Shown: positions 8,420 to 16,612 of the stretch, in pieces
Layout of the letters: each line of letters starts with the position of its first letter
Numbering within the stretch: position 1 is the first letter of the stretch
Source of the DNA: Thermoplasmata archaeon
Lineage (GTDB): Archaea; Thermoplasmatota; Thermoplasmata; Lutacidiplasmatales; UBA184
Assembly: GCA_021816865.1 (NCBI GenBank)
Contig: JAKAWX010000002.1
Coordinates: 12,110 to 76,109, forward strand
Length of the DNA: 64,000 nt
Direction: 5' to 3'
Made by a program: the position numbers and the translations under genes
The notes under the pieces: model-generated
What the model was told of the DNA's origin: nothing
The model's database searches: none
What the model saw: the letters and a program-made list of their open reading frames with translations, nothing else

Positions 8420-8430
8420 AGGTCAAATAG
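8414..8430 (+). promoter_or_regulatory. AT-rich promoter-like element CCTAAAGGTCAAATAG upstream of rps8e
   Basis: Lies 38-54 nt upstream of the rps8e ATG. An SD-like GGGAGG follows at 8458-8463. Confidence 0.35.
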
Positions 8431-8467
8431 GCGACTCCGCTCGAACCGCTCCTCGCTGGGAGGACCG

Positions 8468-8863
8468 ATGGGGATCTGGCAGGGACTGTCCCGCCGCAAA
8501 CGCACCGGGGGCCGGCTCCGGCCGATCCGCAAGAAGCGACGGTTCGAGATCGCCCCCGAGCTCCAGCACGCGACCGTTGGCCCCGGGACCGTCAAGCGCT
8601 ACCGGGGCCGGGGGCTCAACCCGAAGCTGAGGATCCTCACGACCACGTCGATCAACGTCTTCGACCCCGCCACGAAGAAGATGCAGAAGGCGACGATCGT
8701 TACCGTCCGGGAGAACCCGGCGAACCCGAACTACGTCCAGCGCAACATCATCACGAAGGGTGCGATACTCGAGACGGACGTCGGATTGGTCCAGGTGCGC
8801 TCGCGTCCGGGCCAGGACGGGGTTCTGAACGGGGTTCGCGTCCCGCCACGCGCCACGGCGTGA
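8468..8863 (+). CDS. rps8e: 30S ribosomal protein S8e
   Basis: N-terminus MGIWQGLSRRKRTGGRLRPIRKKRRFE is the S8e signature. SD-like GGGAGG 5-10 nt upstream. Confidence 0.9.
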   Translation: MGIWQGLSRRKRTGGRLRPIRKKRRFEIAPELQHATVGPGTVKRYRGRGLNPKLRILTTTSINVFDPATKKMQKATIVTVRENPANPNYVQRNIITKGAILETDVGLVQVRSRPGQDGVLNGVRVPPRATA

Positions 8864-8876
8864 GGCGTCCCGGCGG

Positions 8877-9176
8877 ATGCCCGAGCACTTCTACGTCTAC
8901 CCGGCGTACCTCGCCCAGGGTCGCTCGCGCGCCGAGGGACGTCGCCGGCCCTCGGGCGAGGGGATCCCCGACGTTACGGTCGCCGAGATCGCGGAGGCGG
9001 CCCGGCGGCTCGGCTACCGTGTCGAGGTCGAGGCCGAGAAGTCGTACCCCCGGGACCCGACGACGCTCGTCGGGCGGGTCAAAGTGACGAAGCGAGCGGG
9101 AAGCTCGAAGACCGGGTTCCTCAAGCTTGTGGCCGCGGAGGTCCGTCGTCACCGGGGACCCGCGGGACGGCCCTAG
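8877..9176 (+). CDS. srp19: Signal recognition particle 19 kDa protein
   Basis: About 99 aa with the SRP19 pattern (YPAYLAQGRSRAEGRRRP ... AEIAEAARRLGY). Sits directly downstream of rps8e. Confidence 0.8.
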   Translation: MPEHFYVYPAYLAQGRSRAEGRRRPSGEGIPDVTVAEIAEAARRLGYRVEVEAEKSYPRDPTTLVGRVKVTKRAGSSKTGFLKLVAAEVRRHRGPAGRP

Positions 9177-9177
9177 C

Positions 9178-9969
9178 ATGGAGGAGCCCGGGACCGTCTA
9201 CTTCACCGGCACGGCCGGCGCGGGGAAGACGACGCTCGTGCGCGCGTTCGCCGACTGGACGAAGAGCGCCGGGTACGACGCGACGGTCGTCAACCTCGAC
9301 CCGGGAAGCGAGGCGGACGGGACGGGGTTCGACATCGACATCCGAGAGTGGGTCCGCCTCTCCGACCTCCAGGAGGAGTACAACCTCGGGCCGAACGGCG
9401 CCCAGGTCGCGGCCGCCGACATGATCGCCCTCAAGATCTTCGAAGTGCGCCAGGCGATCCAGGAGCTCAAGTCGGACTACGTGCTCGTCGACACGCCCGG
9501 CCAGATCGAGCTCTTCGCGTTCCGCGAGGCATCGAAGGCGATCGTCGACGCGCTCAGCGGCGACCGGTCGGTGATCGCCTTCCTCTTCGACCCCGCGCTC
9601 GCGCGAACGCCGGGAGGGTTCGTCTCGCTCCTCATGCTGAGCTCGACCCTCGAGTTCCGCTTCCGTTTGCCGATGGTGAACCTGCTCGCGAAATCGGACG
9701 TCCTCACGCCCGAGCAGCTCGCCGAGGTGACCTCCTGGTCCGACGAGCCCGGGGCGCTGTACGAGGCAGTAACGCGTGACGCGCCGACCCCCGACGTCCA
9801 GCTGTCGACCGAGCTCTTCCGGGCCATCGAGACGATGGGCCCGCTCGGGGGGGTGCTGCCGACCTCGGCGAAGGAGAACCTCGGCCTCGAGGCGCTCTAC
9901 CAGGCGTGCCAGCGGGTCTTCGCCGGAGGCGAGGACCTCGAACCGTCGCACGCCCCGTCGACCGACTGA
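9178..9969 (+). CDS. GPN-loop GTPase (XAB1/Npa3 family)
   Basis: Walker A GTAGAGKTT, the GPN motif in NLGPNGA, and DTPGQIELF. ATG 1 nt after the srp19 stop. Confidence 0.8.
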   Translation: MEEPGTVYFTGTAGAGKTTLVRAFADWTKSAGYDATVVNLDPGSEADGTGFDIDIREWVRLSDLQEEYNLGPNGAQVAAADMIALKIFEVRQAIQELKSDYVLVDTPGQIELFAFREASKAIVDALSGDRSVIAFLFDPALARTPGGFVSLLMLSSTLEFRFRLPMVNLLAKSDVLTPEQLAEVTSWSDEPGALYEAVTRDAPTPDVQLSTELFRAIETMGPLGGVLPTSAKENLGLEALYQACQRVFAGGEDLEPSHAPSTD

Positions 9970-10000
9970 GGCCGACGGAGGTCGGGCGGTCGCTGGCCCG

Positions 10001-10303
10001 TTACTCGTCGGTGAAGAAGAGGCCCATGCCCGCGGAAGCGCTCTCCTCTTCGTCCTTGAACCGTCGGTAGAGCGGTTCGGCCTCGGCGCTGAGAAGGCGG
10101 GTGCCGACCGCGTCGAGGAGCCCTTCCGCGCGCTTCACCGCGTCGGCCGAGCCCTCGACGAGCACGTACGTGCGGTCGCCCGGGCCGCCGAGAGCCCCCG
10201 CGTCCCGGACCTTCTGGCTCTGTCGGGAGACGACGTCGTCCCGCAGCGCTGCGTCGAGCTCGGTCCGCTTCGAGGACGGAACGGAGTAGATCGTCCACGC
10301 CAT
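10001..10303 (-). CDS. Small protein (100 aa), possible divergent elongation factor 1-beta (aEF-1beta) with a C-terminal extension
   Basis: GC3-rich ORF. The N-terminus TIYSVPSSKRTELDAAL aligns by eye with aEF-1beta TIKIMPESPDVDLEAL, and the central EGSADAVKRAEGLLDAVGT resembles EGGTDAAEEALSGIEGV. An extra tail ends in EEESASAGMGLFFTDE. No search was run. Confidence 0.35.
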   Translation of the reverse strand: MAWTIYSVPSSKRTELDAALRDDVVSRQSQKVRDAGALGGPGDRTYVLVEGSADAVKRAEGLLDAVGTRLLSAEAEPLYRRFKDEEESASAGMGLFFTDE

Positions 10304-10329
10304 GCCCCCGGCCGACCCGGCTCGCCTAT

Positions 10330-11094
10330 ATGGGGTTGTTCGAAGGGGAGGAACGGGCGGACCGGGGGGTTCCGAAAGCGATGTACGCGCGGTCGACCGA
10401 CTCTCCGGTGCTGCTCATCGGCGCCGCGCACGTAATCGACCTCGCCCGGCCGCTGCGCGAGCTCCTGAACGAACGGACGCTCGACGGGATCGCGATCGAG
10501 CTCGACGCGGAACGCGCCGACGCGCTCCTCGCCCCCGAGGGTCGGCGCCCCCGGGGCGGCGGGCCCCTCTTCGCGCGCCTGTGGAGCCTTCTGCAGCGCC
10601 GCCTCGGCGCCGAGATCGGCGGGGGGGTCCCGGGCGCCGAGATGAAGGCGGCGGCCCTCGTGGCGCGCGAGCGGTCCCTTCCGCTCTTCTTGGTCGACGA
10701 CCCGATCCGGTCGACGCTCGTCCAGTTGGTGCGGGCGATGCCGTTCAAGGAACGCGTGCTCCTCCTCGCGAGCGCCGTGGTAGGACTCTTCCTCCCCGCG
10801 CGGGTCGTCGAGCGGGCGATCGACCGTTACGTCGACGCGCCGGACGACTACACCGCGGAGCTGCGGCAGGTGAGCCCGACGCTCGCTCGCGTCCTGATCG
10901 ACGACCGCAACGAGCACATGGCGGACCGCCTCGCCGAGCTGCGGCACCGCGGGTACGGACGGATCGCGGTCGTGGTGGGGGACGCTCACCTCTCGGGGCT
11001 CCGCACCGCCCTCGGACGTCGGGGGATCCCGACCGAGTCGGTCCCGTTCCGCGAACTGAGGGCCGCTAAAGGACGCGCACCGAGCTCTTCGTGA
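10330..11094 (+). CDS. TraB/GumN family protein
   Basis: TraB pattern: LLIGAAHVIDLARPLRELL ... IAIELDAERADAL ... RNEHMADRLAEL ... IAVVVGDAHLSGL. Confidence 0.7.
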   Translation: MGLFEGEERADRGVPKAMYARSTDSPVLLIGAAHVIDLARPLRELLNERTLDGIAIELDAERADALLAPEGRRPRGGGPLFARLWSLLQRRLGAEIGGGVPGAEMKAAALVARERSLPLFLVDDPIRSTLVQLVRAMPFKERVLLLASAVVGLFLPARVVERAIDRYVDAPDDYTAELRQVSPTLARVLIDDRNEHMADRLAELRHRGYGRIAVVVGDAHLSGLRTALGRRGIPTESVPFRELRAAKGRAPSSS

Positions 11095-11938
11095 CCTCGT
11101 CCACCGCCTGCGCGAACGCGTCCGCGAACCGGGAGAGTTCGGGGGAGCGGTGCTCCTCGATTCGGCCCGCATCGCCCAGGGCGGAGACTTCGGGCACGAC
11201 GGGGAGCTCGGCGAGGACGGGGAGCCCGTACTCGGCCCCGACGGCGCGGACCCGGCTCGGGCCGAAGAGCGAGATCCGCTCGCCGCAGTGAGGGCAGGTG
11301 AGGTACGCCATGTTGTCCACGACCCCGAGGAGGGCGACGTGGAGGTCGCGAGCCATGTTCATCGCCTTTTTGACGATCAGCGCCGCGAGGTCCTGGGGGG
11401 TGAGGACGAAGACCATCCCGTCGATCGGGATCGTCTGGAAGACCGTGAGCGGCACGTCGCTCGTACCGGGCGGCATGTCGATGAGCAGGTAGTCGAGCGA
11501 CCCCCAGTTGACGCCGCCGAAGAACTGCGTGATGAGCCGGGTGACGAGCGGTCCCCGCCAGATCACGGGCGTCTGCTCGTCCTCGACCATGAACTGCGAG
11601 GAGACGACCGAGATGCCGGTTCGGGACGACGCGGGCTCGATCCCCTCGCCCCGGTCGACGAGGGGCCCGGTGAGACCGAGGAGCTTCGGGATCGACGGGC
11701 CGGTGATGTCCGCGTCGAGGATCCCCACGGCGAGGCCCCGTCGGCGCAGCTCGGTCGCGAGGAGGGCCGTGACCGACGACTTCCCGACCCCTCCTTTGCC
11801 GCTGCCGATCGCGACCACGTGGCGGACCGAGCCCTTGCTCATCCGCTGGAGCAACCCCCGCGCTGGCGGACGTGCCCCGTGAGAGTGTCCCTCCGCGGTC
11901 GGCGGCGGGCCGGGCGTGGCGCCGGGAGGAGCGGCCAT
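11066..11938 (-). CDS. Mrp/NBP35 (ApbC) family iron-sulfur cluster carrier ATPase
   Basis: Deviant Walker A GSGKGGVGKSS, plus ILDADITGPS and a CPHCGE Cys pair. The ATG at 11938 lies about 25 nt downstream of a TATATAA box, consistent with a leaderless start. An alternative internal start is MSKGS at 11842. Confidence 0.8.
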   Translation of the reverse strand: MAAPPGATPGPPPTAEGHSHGARPPARGLLQRMSKGSVRHVVAIGSGKGGVGKSSVTALLATELRRRGLAVGILDADITGPSIPKLLGLTGPLVDRGEGIEPASSRTGISVVSSQFMVEDEQTPVIWRGPLVTRLITQFFGGVNWGSLDYLLIDMPPGTSDVPLTVFQTIPIDGMVFVLTPQDLAALIVKKAMNMARDLHVALLGVVDNMAYLTCPHCGERISLFGPSRVRAVGAEYGLPVLAELPVVPEVSALGDAGRIEEHRSPELSRFADAFAQAVDEVTKSSVRVL

Positions 11939-11958
11939 CGGGTTGCCACGGGGGTGCG

Positions 11959-11968
11959 GCTATATAAC
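11959..11968. promoter_or_regulatory. Near-palindromic archaeal TATA box GCTATATAAC, shared by divergent mrp (minus) and ACD (plus)
   Basis: The only AT-rich octamer in the 66-nt divergent intergenic region. It lies about 25 nt from the mrp ATG (leaderless geometry) and about 40 nt from the ACD ATG. Confidence 0.45.
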
Positions 11969-12004
11969 GCGAGACCCGTGCGAACGACCGGTCGGGGGGG
12001 ATCG

Positions 12005-14155
12005 ATGTCCGTGGGCCGATCGGCAGAGCTGGACGAGCTGTTCTGCCCGGCGTCCGTAGCGGTCATCGGCGCGTCGAACCGTCCCGGGAAGGTCGGCACG
12101 ATCCTCTTCCGCAATATCCTCGAGGCCGGTTTTCGCGGGGTCGCCTACCCGGTCAACCCGACCTGGAAGAGCGTCTCGGGGGTGCGCTGCTATCCGGACG
12201 TCGCGTCGCTCCCCGAGGCGCCCGACCTCGGGGTCGTGATCGTGCCGGCCGGGGGGGTCGCGGACGTCGTCGAGGAGCTCGGTCGCGCCGGGACCCGGGG
12301 GGTCGTCGTCATCTCGGCGGGATTCCGCGAGGTCGGCGACGCGGGGACCCGCCTCGAGGCGGAGGTCGTCCGTCGGGCGGAGAAGTACCGCATGTCGCTC
12401 GTGGGTCCGAACTGCTTCGGCGTCTTCAACACCGACCCCGAGGTGAGCCTGAACGCGACGTTCAGCGAGTCGCTCCCCCCGCGGGGGAACATCGCCTTCG
12501 TCTCCCAAAGCGGGGCGCTCGGCGCGGGGATCCTCCAGTACGGCATCGCGGAGCGGATCGGGTTCTCCCGGTTCGTCTCGGTCGGCAACCGGGCCGGCGT
12601 GGACGAGAACGACCTGTTGCGCTCGCTCGGTCGGGACCCGGCGACGAAGGTGATCCTCCTCTATGTCGAGAGCCTCGCGAACGGGGAGCGGTTCCTCGAG
12701 GCTGCCCGCGCGGTGACGGAAGAGAAGCCCGTCCTCGTGATCAAGAGCGGGCGCACGGCGGCGGGCGAGCGCGCGGCGAAGAGCCACACGGGCTCGCTGG
12801 CCCAGTCGGGCCGGGACCTGCTCTACGACGCCCTCTTCGAGCAGGCGGGCGTCCAGCGGGCGGAGACCCTCGGCGACCTCTTCCGGACCGCGAAGATCTT
12901 CGCGACCGGGCTCACTCTCGCAGGACCGCGGCTCGCGATCCTCACGAACTCGGGCGGGCCGGGGATCGTGGCGGCCGACGCGGCGATCCGCCACGGTCTC
13001 GAGCTCCCGACGCTGCCGGAGTCGATCCGGTCCGAGATCGCCCGGCGACTGCCCTCGATCGCGTCGGTCGGCAACCCGGTCGACATGACGGCCGACGTCG
13101 GGGCCGACCAGTATCGCGAGGTGCTGCGGCTCCTCCTCGACGACCCCGGCGTCGACGGGGCGCTCGTGATCACCACACCGGCCGGCACGATGACCGCGGA
13201 CGCCGTCGCGCGGGCCGTGCTCGAAGCGAAGCGCACGTCGAAGAAGCCGATCACCGCCTGCCTCTTCGGCCTGAGCGACCTCTCGAAGGAAGTGACGTTC
13301 CTGGAGGAGAACGGCATCCCCACGTTCACCTTCCCCGAGGAGGCCGTCCAGGGCCTCGGGAGCCTCGCCCGCTACCAGGCGTGGCGCACGCGCCCCCGCA
13401 CCGAAGTGCGGACGTTCCCGGTCGACCGGGCGAAGGCGCGCGAGGCGATCGACCGGGCCGCCCGCGACGGGGCCACCGTCCTGCCCGAGTACGCGGCCCG
13501 CGCGCTACTGAGCGCGTACGGGATCGCGTTCCCGCCGGTCGCCCGCGTGCGGTCGCTCGACGAGGCCGTCGACGCCGCCACGAGCATCGGGTACCCGGTG
13601 GTGCTCAAGGTGGCCTCGCCCGACATCCCGCACAAGACCGACGTGGGCGGGGTCGCGCTGGGCCTGGACGGCCCCGCCAAGCTCCGGACGGCGTGGGCGA
13701 CCATGCAGGACGCGCTGCACCGACACGTGCCGGGGGCCCGTATCGAGGGCTTCGAGGTCGAGTCCCAGGTCCCGTCGGGGAAGGAGGTCCTGATCGGCGT
13801 CCAGCGCGATCCGAGCTTCGGGCCGGTCCTGGTCTTCGGGCTCGGCGGGATCTACGTCGAGGTCCTGCGGGACGTCACGTTCCGGCTCGCCCCGGTGCGG
13901 CCGCTCTCGGCGAAGCACATGGTCCAGTCGGTCAAGGCGTTCCCGCTGCTCGCGGGCGTACGGGGGGAGGCGCCGAGCGACCTCGAGGCGCTCGAAGAGG
14001 CGATCGAACGGGTCAGCCAGCTCGCGATCGACCTCCCCGAGGTCGTGGAGCTCGACATCAACCCGTTGATCGTTCGCGGGCGCGGCCAGGGCGTCGTCGC
14101 GGTCGACGCACGGGTCGTGCTCGCTCCGTCTTCCAGATCGGCACCGACGCCTTGA
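12005..14155 (+). CDS. Acetate--CoA ligase (ADP-forming), fused alpha/beta subunits
   Basis: N-terminal CoA-binding domain (VAVIGASNRPGKVG, GPNCFGV, SQSGALG) followed by an ATP-grasp beta domain (PVVLKVASPDIPHKTDVGGV). 716 aa from the ATG at 12005. The six-frame ORF starts earlier but overlaps mrp. Confidence 0.8.
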   Translation: MSVGRSAELDELFCPASVAVIGASNRPGKVGTILFRNILEAGFRGVAYPVNPTWKSVSGVRCYPDVASLPEAPDLGVVIVPAGGVADVVEELGRAGTRGVVVISAGFREVGDAGTRLEAEVVRRAEKYRMSLVGPNCFGVFNTDPEVSLNATFSESLPPRGNIAFVSQSGALGAGILQYGIAERIGFSRFVSVGNRAGVDENDLLRSLGRDPATKVILLYVESLANGERFLEAARAVTEEKPVLVIKSGRTAAGERAAKSHTGSLAQSGRDLLYDALFEQAGVQRAETLGDLFRTAKIFATGLTLAGPRLAILTNSGGPGIVAADAAIRHGLELPTLPESIRSEIARRLPSIASVGNPVDMTADVGADQYREVLRLLLDDPGVDGALVITTPAGTMTADAVARAVLEAKRTSKKPITACLFGLSDLSKEVTFLEENGIPTFTFPEEAVQGLGSLARYQAWRTRPRTEVRTFPVDRAKAREAIDRAARDGATVLPEYAARALLSAYGIAFPPVARVRSLDEAVDAATSIGYPVVLKVASPDIPHKTDVGGVALGLDGPAKLRTAWATMQDALHRHVPGARIEGFEVESQVPSGKEVLIGVQRDPSFGPVLVFGLGGIYVEVLRDVTFRLAPVRPLSAKHMVQSVKAFPLLAGVRGEAPSDLEALEEAIERVSQLAIDLPEVVELDINPLIVRGRGQGVVAVDARVVLAPSSRSAPTP

Positions 14156-14498
14156 GCTCGTCGATCAGGAACCGGGCGGCGTCGAACGCGGCGGCCCGGT
14201 GGGCGCAAGCGGCGCCGACAACGACGGAGATCTCGCCGACCTTGAGCCGTCCGACCCGGTGCCAGAGCACGACGCGGCCCGCACCGAAGCGCGCGCGCGC
14301 CTCGCGCTCGATCGCCGCGAGCCGTCGAAGGGCCGGCGCGCGGTGGGCCTCGTAGTCGAGGGCGAACACTCGGCCCGCCCGGCCCCGGTCGGGACGCACG
14401 CGCCCGGCGAAGACGACGACGCCGCCGAGCCCCGGGCCCTCGAGCATCCGCATCGCGCCGGCGACGGTGAACGCCCGATCGGTGAGGCGGACCGACAC
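14058..14498 (-). CDS. moaE: Molybdopterin synthase catalytic subunit MoaE
   Basis: MoaE pattern (GGVVVFAGRVRPD ... LDYEAHRAPAL ... VVVGAACAHRAAAFDAARFLIDELKASVPIWKTE). GTG start 3 nt after the moaD stop. The C-terminal tail overlaps the 3' end of the convergent ACD gene by ~98 nt. Confidence 0.7.
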   Translation of the reverse strand: MSVRLTDRAFTVAGAMRMLEGPGLGGVVVFAGRVRPDRGRAGRVFALDYEAHRAPALRRLAAIEREARARFGAGRVVLWHRVGRLKVGEISVVVGAACAHRAAAFDAARFLIDELKASVPIWKTERARPVRRPRRRPGRARERSTG

Positions 14499-14500
14499 GG

Positions 14501-14767
14501 CTAGCCTCCCCCGTACGGCGGATGGACGGCGAACTCGTCGCCCGGGCGTATCGGCGTCGAGAGGTCGTGGAGGTACTCGCCGTTGTGCACGAACCGGCTC
14601 GTCCGCAGCGCGGGGCCGAGCCGCGGGTACGTTCGGGCGAGAGCGCGCACGAGCGCGTCGGCGCGCACGCCGTCGGGGGAGACCGGCCAGTCGAGCGTAC
14701 CGCGTCCGAGCGCCTCGCGGGCGGAGGCGAACAGGAGGATGACGACGCGGGACCGACGACGCGTCAC
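14501..14767 (-). CDS. moaD: Molybdopterin synthase sulfur-carrier subunit MoaD (ubiquitin-like, C-terminal GG)
   Basis: About 88 aa from the GTG at 14767. ThiS/MoaD fold pattern (VVILLFASAREALG ... EYLHDLSTPIRPGDEFAVHPPYGGG) ending in Gly-Gly. Immediately upstream of moaE on the same strand. Confidence 0.65.
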   Translation of the reverse strand: MTRRRSRVVILLFASAREALGRGTLDWPVSPDGVRADALVRALARTYPRLGPALRTSRFVHNGEYLHDLSTPIRPGDEFAVHPPYGGG

Positions 14768-14827
14768 GCCGGGGCCAGAGGAGCCGCGAGGCGTAAAACC
14801 TGCGCCGGGCCGACGGAGCGCACAACC

Positions 14828-14836
14828 GATTAATAC
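14828..14836 (+). promoter_or_regulatory. TATA-like box GATTAATAC upstream of the 2-oxoacid:ferredoxin oxidoreductase genes
   Basis: Lies 22-30 nt upstream of the ATG at 14858, in the divergent moaD/OFOR intergenic region. Confidence 0.35.
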
Positions 14837-14857
14837 GAACCCTGGCTGAAACGCCCG

Positions 14858-16612
14858 ATGGCCGAGATCGCGGTCCGCGTGGGCGGCCAGGCGGGCGACG
14901 GCATCCAGTCGATCGGCGAGGCGCTCGCCCGCGGGTTCTCCCGGATGGGCCGGCACGTCTTCGGTCTCACCGCCTACCAGTCGGTGATCCGGGGCGGCCA
15001 CGTCTGGTTCCAGGCCCGCGCCACCGACGGCCGTCCGTACTCTCCGGGGGACGCGGCGGACATCCTCTACGCGCTCGACAAGGCGACGGTCGAGATCCAC
15101 GCGGCCGCGCTGCGCCCGGGGGGCACGGTCATCTACGACCCCGAGAAGTTCGCCCTCCCGCCGTCGGACCTACCGGCGGGCGTGCAGGCGCTCGGAGTGC
15201 CAACGCTCGCGATCGCGCGCAAGTTCACGAGCCAGTCGATCTTGCAGAACGCGGGCGGCCTCGGGGCCGCGGCGTTCCTCGCCGGGATCCCGCTCGACCT
15301 CCTCCACCAGATCCTCCTCGACTCGTTCGGCCGCAAGGCCGGTGACGTCGTCACCTGGAACACCGGGGCGAGCGCGGAGGGGTACCGATTCGCGGAGGCG
15401 CACGCGAGCGTCAGCGCCCACGCCCTTTCCAAGGGGGGCGCCCCGAAGCTCCTGATGACGGGCAACCAGGCGATCGCCCTCGGGGCCGCCGCGGCCGGGC
15501 TCAAGTTCCTGGCGCAGTACCCCATGACCCCCGCCTCTTCGATCATGCACTGGCTCGCCGCCCACGCCCAGGCGCTGGGGATCGTCGTGAAGCAGGCCGA
15601 GGACGAGCTCGCGGCGATCAACATGGCGATCGGCGCGTCGTTCGGCGGCGTCCGGTCGATGACGGCGACCAGCGGCGGCGGCTTCGCACTGATGGTCGAG
15701 GCGCTCGGCATGGCCGGGATGACCGAGACCCCGGTCGTGGTCGTCGAATCCCAGCGGGCAGGACCGTCGACGGGACTCCCGACCAAAACGGAGCAGGGCG
15801 ACCTCAACCTGATGCTCGGCGCCGGACAGGGCGAGTTCCCCCGGGCGATCCTCGCTCCCTCGAACCCGGCGGAAGCGTACCGCGCCGCGATCGAGGCGTT
15901 CCGGCTCGCCGAGGAATGGCAGACGCCGGTCCTGCTCGCGAGCGACCTCCATCTCTCGGAAAACCTCATGACGGTCGACCGGGAGGAGGTCGACCTCGAC
16001 GTGCCGGTTCCGTCGCTCTTCACGGTGACCCCGAACGGGCACACCTACCAGCGCTACCAGTACACCGAGTCGGGGGTCTCTCCCCGCGCCCTGCCGGGCC
16101 AGCCGGGCCTCGAGTTCGTCGCCGGCTCGGACGAGCACGACGAGCGGGGCCACCTCGTCTCGGACATTCGGGCCGGCATCCCGGTCTGGGTCTCCGAACG
16201 ACGGCGGATGATGGAGAAGCGGATGAAGAAGCTCGAGGGGCTCGCGAAGGACGCCCCGCCTCCGATCCTCGAAGGCGCGGCCGGCGCCCCCCTCACGTTC
16301 GTCGCGTGGGGCTCGACCGTCGGAGCGATCCGTGACGCACAGGCCGAGCTCGCCGCCGCCGGGCGCCCGACGAACCTCCTCCACTTCCCGACGGTCTATC
16401 CGCTCGACCTCCCGGCGACCCGCCGCCTGCTCGCCGTCGCCCATCGGACGCTCCTGGTCGAGGCGAACTACTCCGGCCAATTCGGTCGCCTCCTGCGCGC
16501 GGAGACCGGCGTCGAGCTTCGCGAGCGGCTGCTCAAGTACGACGGAGAACCCTTCCTCCCGCACGAGATCGTCGCGCGGGCCCTCGAGGTGCTGAACGAT
16601 GTCCGAAAGTAG
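14858..16612 (+). CDS. 2-oxoacid:ferredoxin oxidoreductase, alpha subunit (fused gamma-alpha type)
   Basis: About 584 aa. OFOR alpha motifs GNQAIALGAAAAG, FLAQYPMTPASSI and TSGGGFALMVEALGMAGMTE. TATA-like GATTAATAC 22-30 nt upstream of the ATG. Confidence 0.85.
   Translation: MAEIAVRVGGQAGDGIQSIGEALARGFSRMGRHVFGLTAYQSVIRGGHVWFQARATDGRPYSPGDAADILYALDKATVEIHAAALRPGGTVIYDPEKFALPPSDLPAGVQALGVPTLAIARKFTSQSILQNAGGLGAAAFLAGIPLDLLHQILLDSFGRKAGDVVTWNTGASAEGYRFAEAHASVSAHALSKGGAPKLLMTGNQAIALGAAAAGLKFLAQYPMTPASSIMHWLAAHAQALGIVVKQAEDELAAINMAIGASFGGVRSMTATSGGGFALMVEALGMAGMTETPVVVVESQRAGPSTGLPTKTEQGDLNLMLGAGQGEFPRAILAPSNPAEAYRAAIEAFRLAEEWQTPVLLASDLHLSENLMTVDREEVDLDVPVPSLFTVTPNGHTYQRYQYTESGVSPRALPGQPGLEFVAGSDEHDERGHLVSDIRAGIPVWVSERRRMMEKRMKKLEGLAKDAPPPILEGAAGAPLTFVAWGSTVGAIRDAQAELAAAGRPTNLLHFPTVYPLDLPATRRLLAVAHRTLLVEANYSGQFGRLLRAETGVELRERLLKYDGEPFLPHEIVARALEVLNDVRK

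Noticed and set aside
11150-12004. In-frame upstream extension of the ACD gene (making a 1001-aa ORF)
   Set aside because: It runs antisense through mrp and across the TATA box. The ACD family N-terminus starts at the ATG at 12005.
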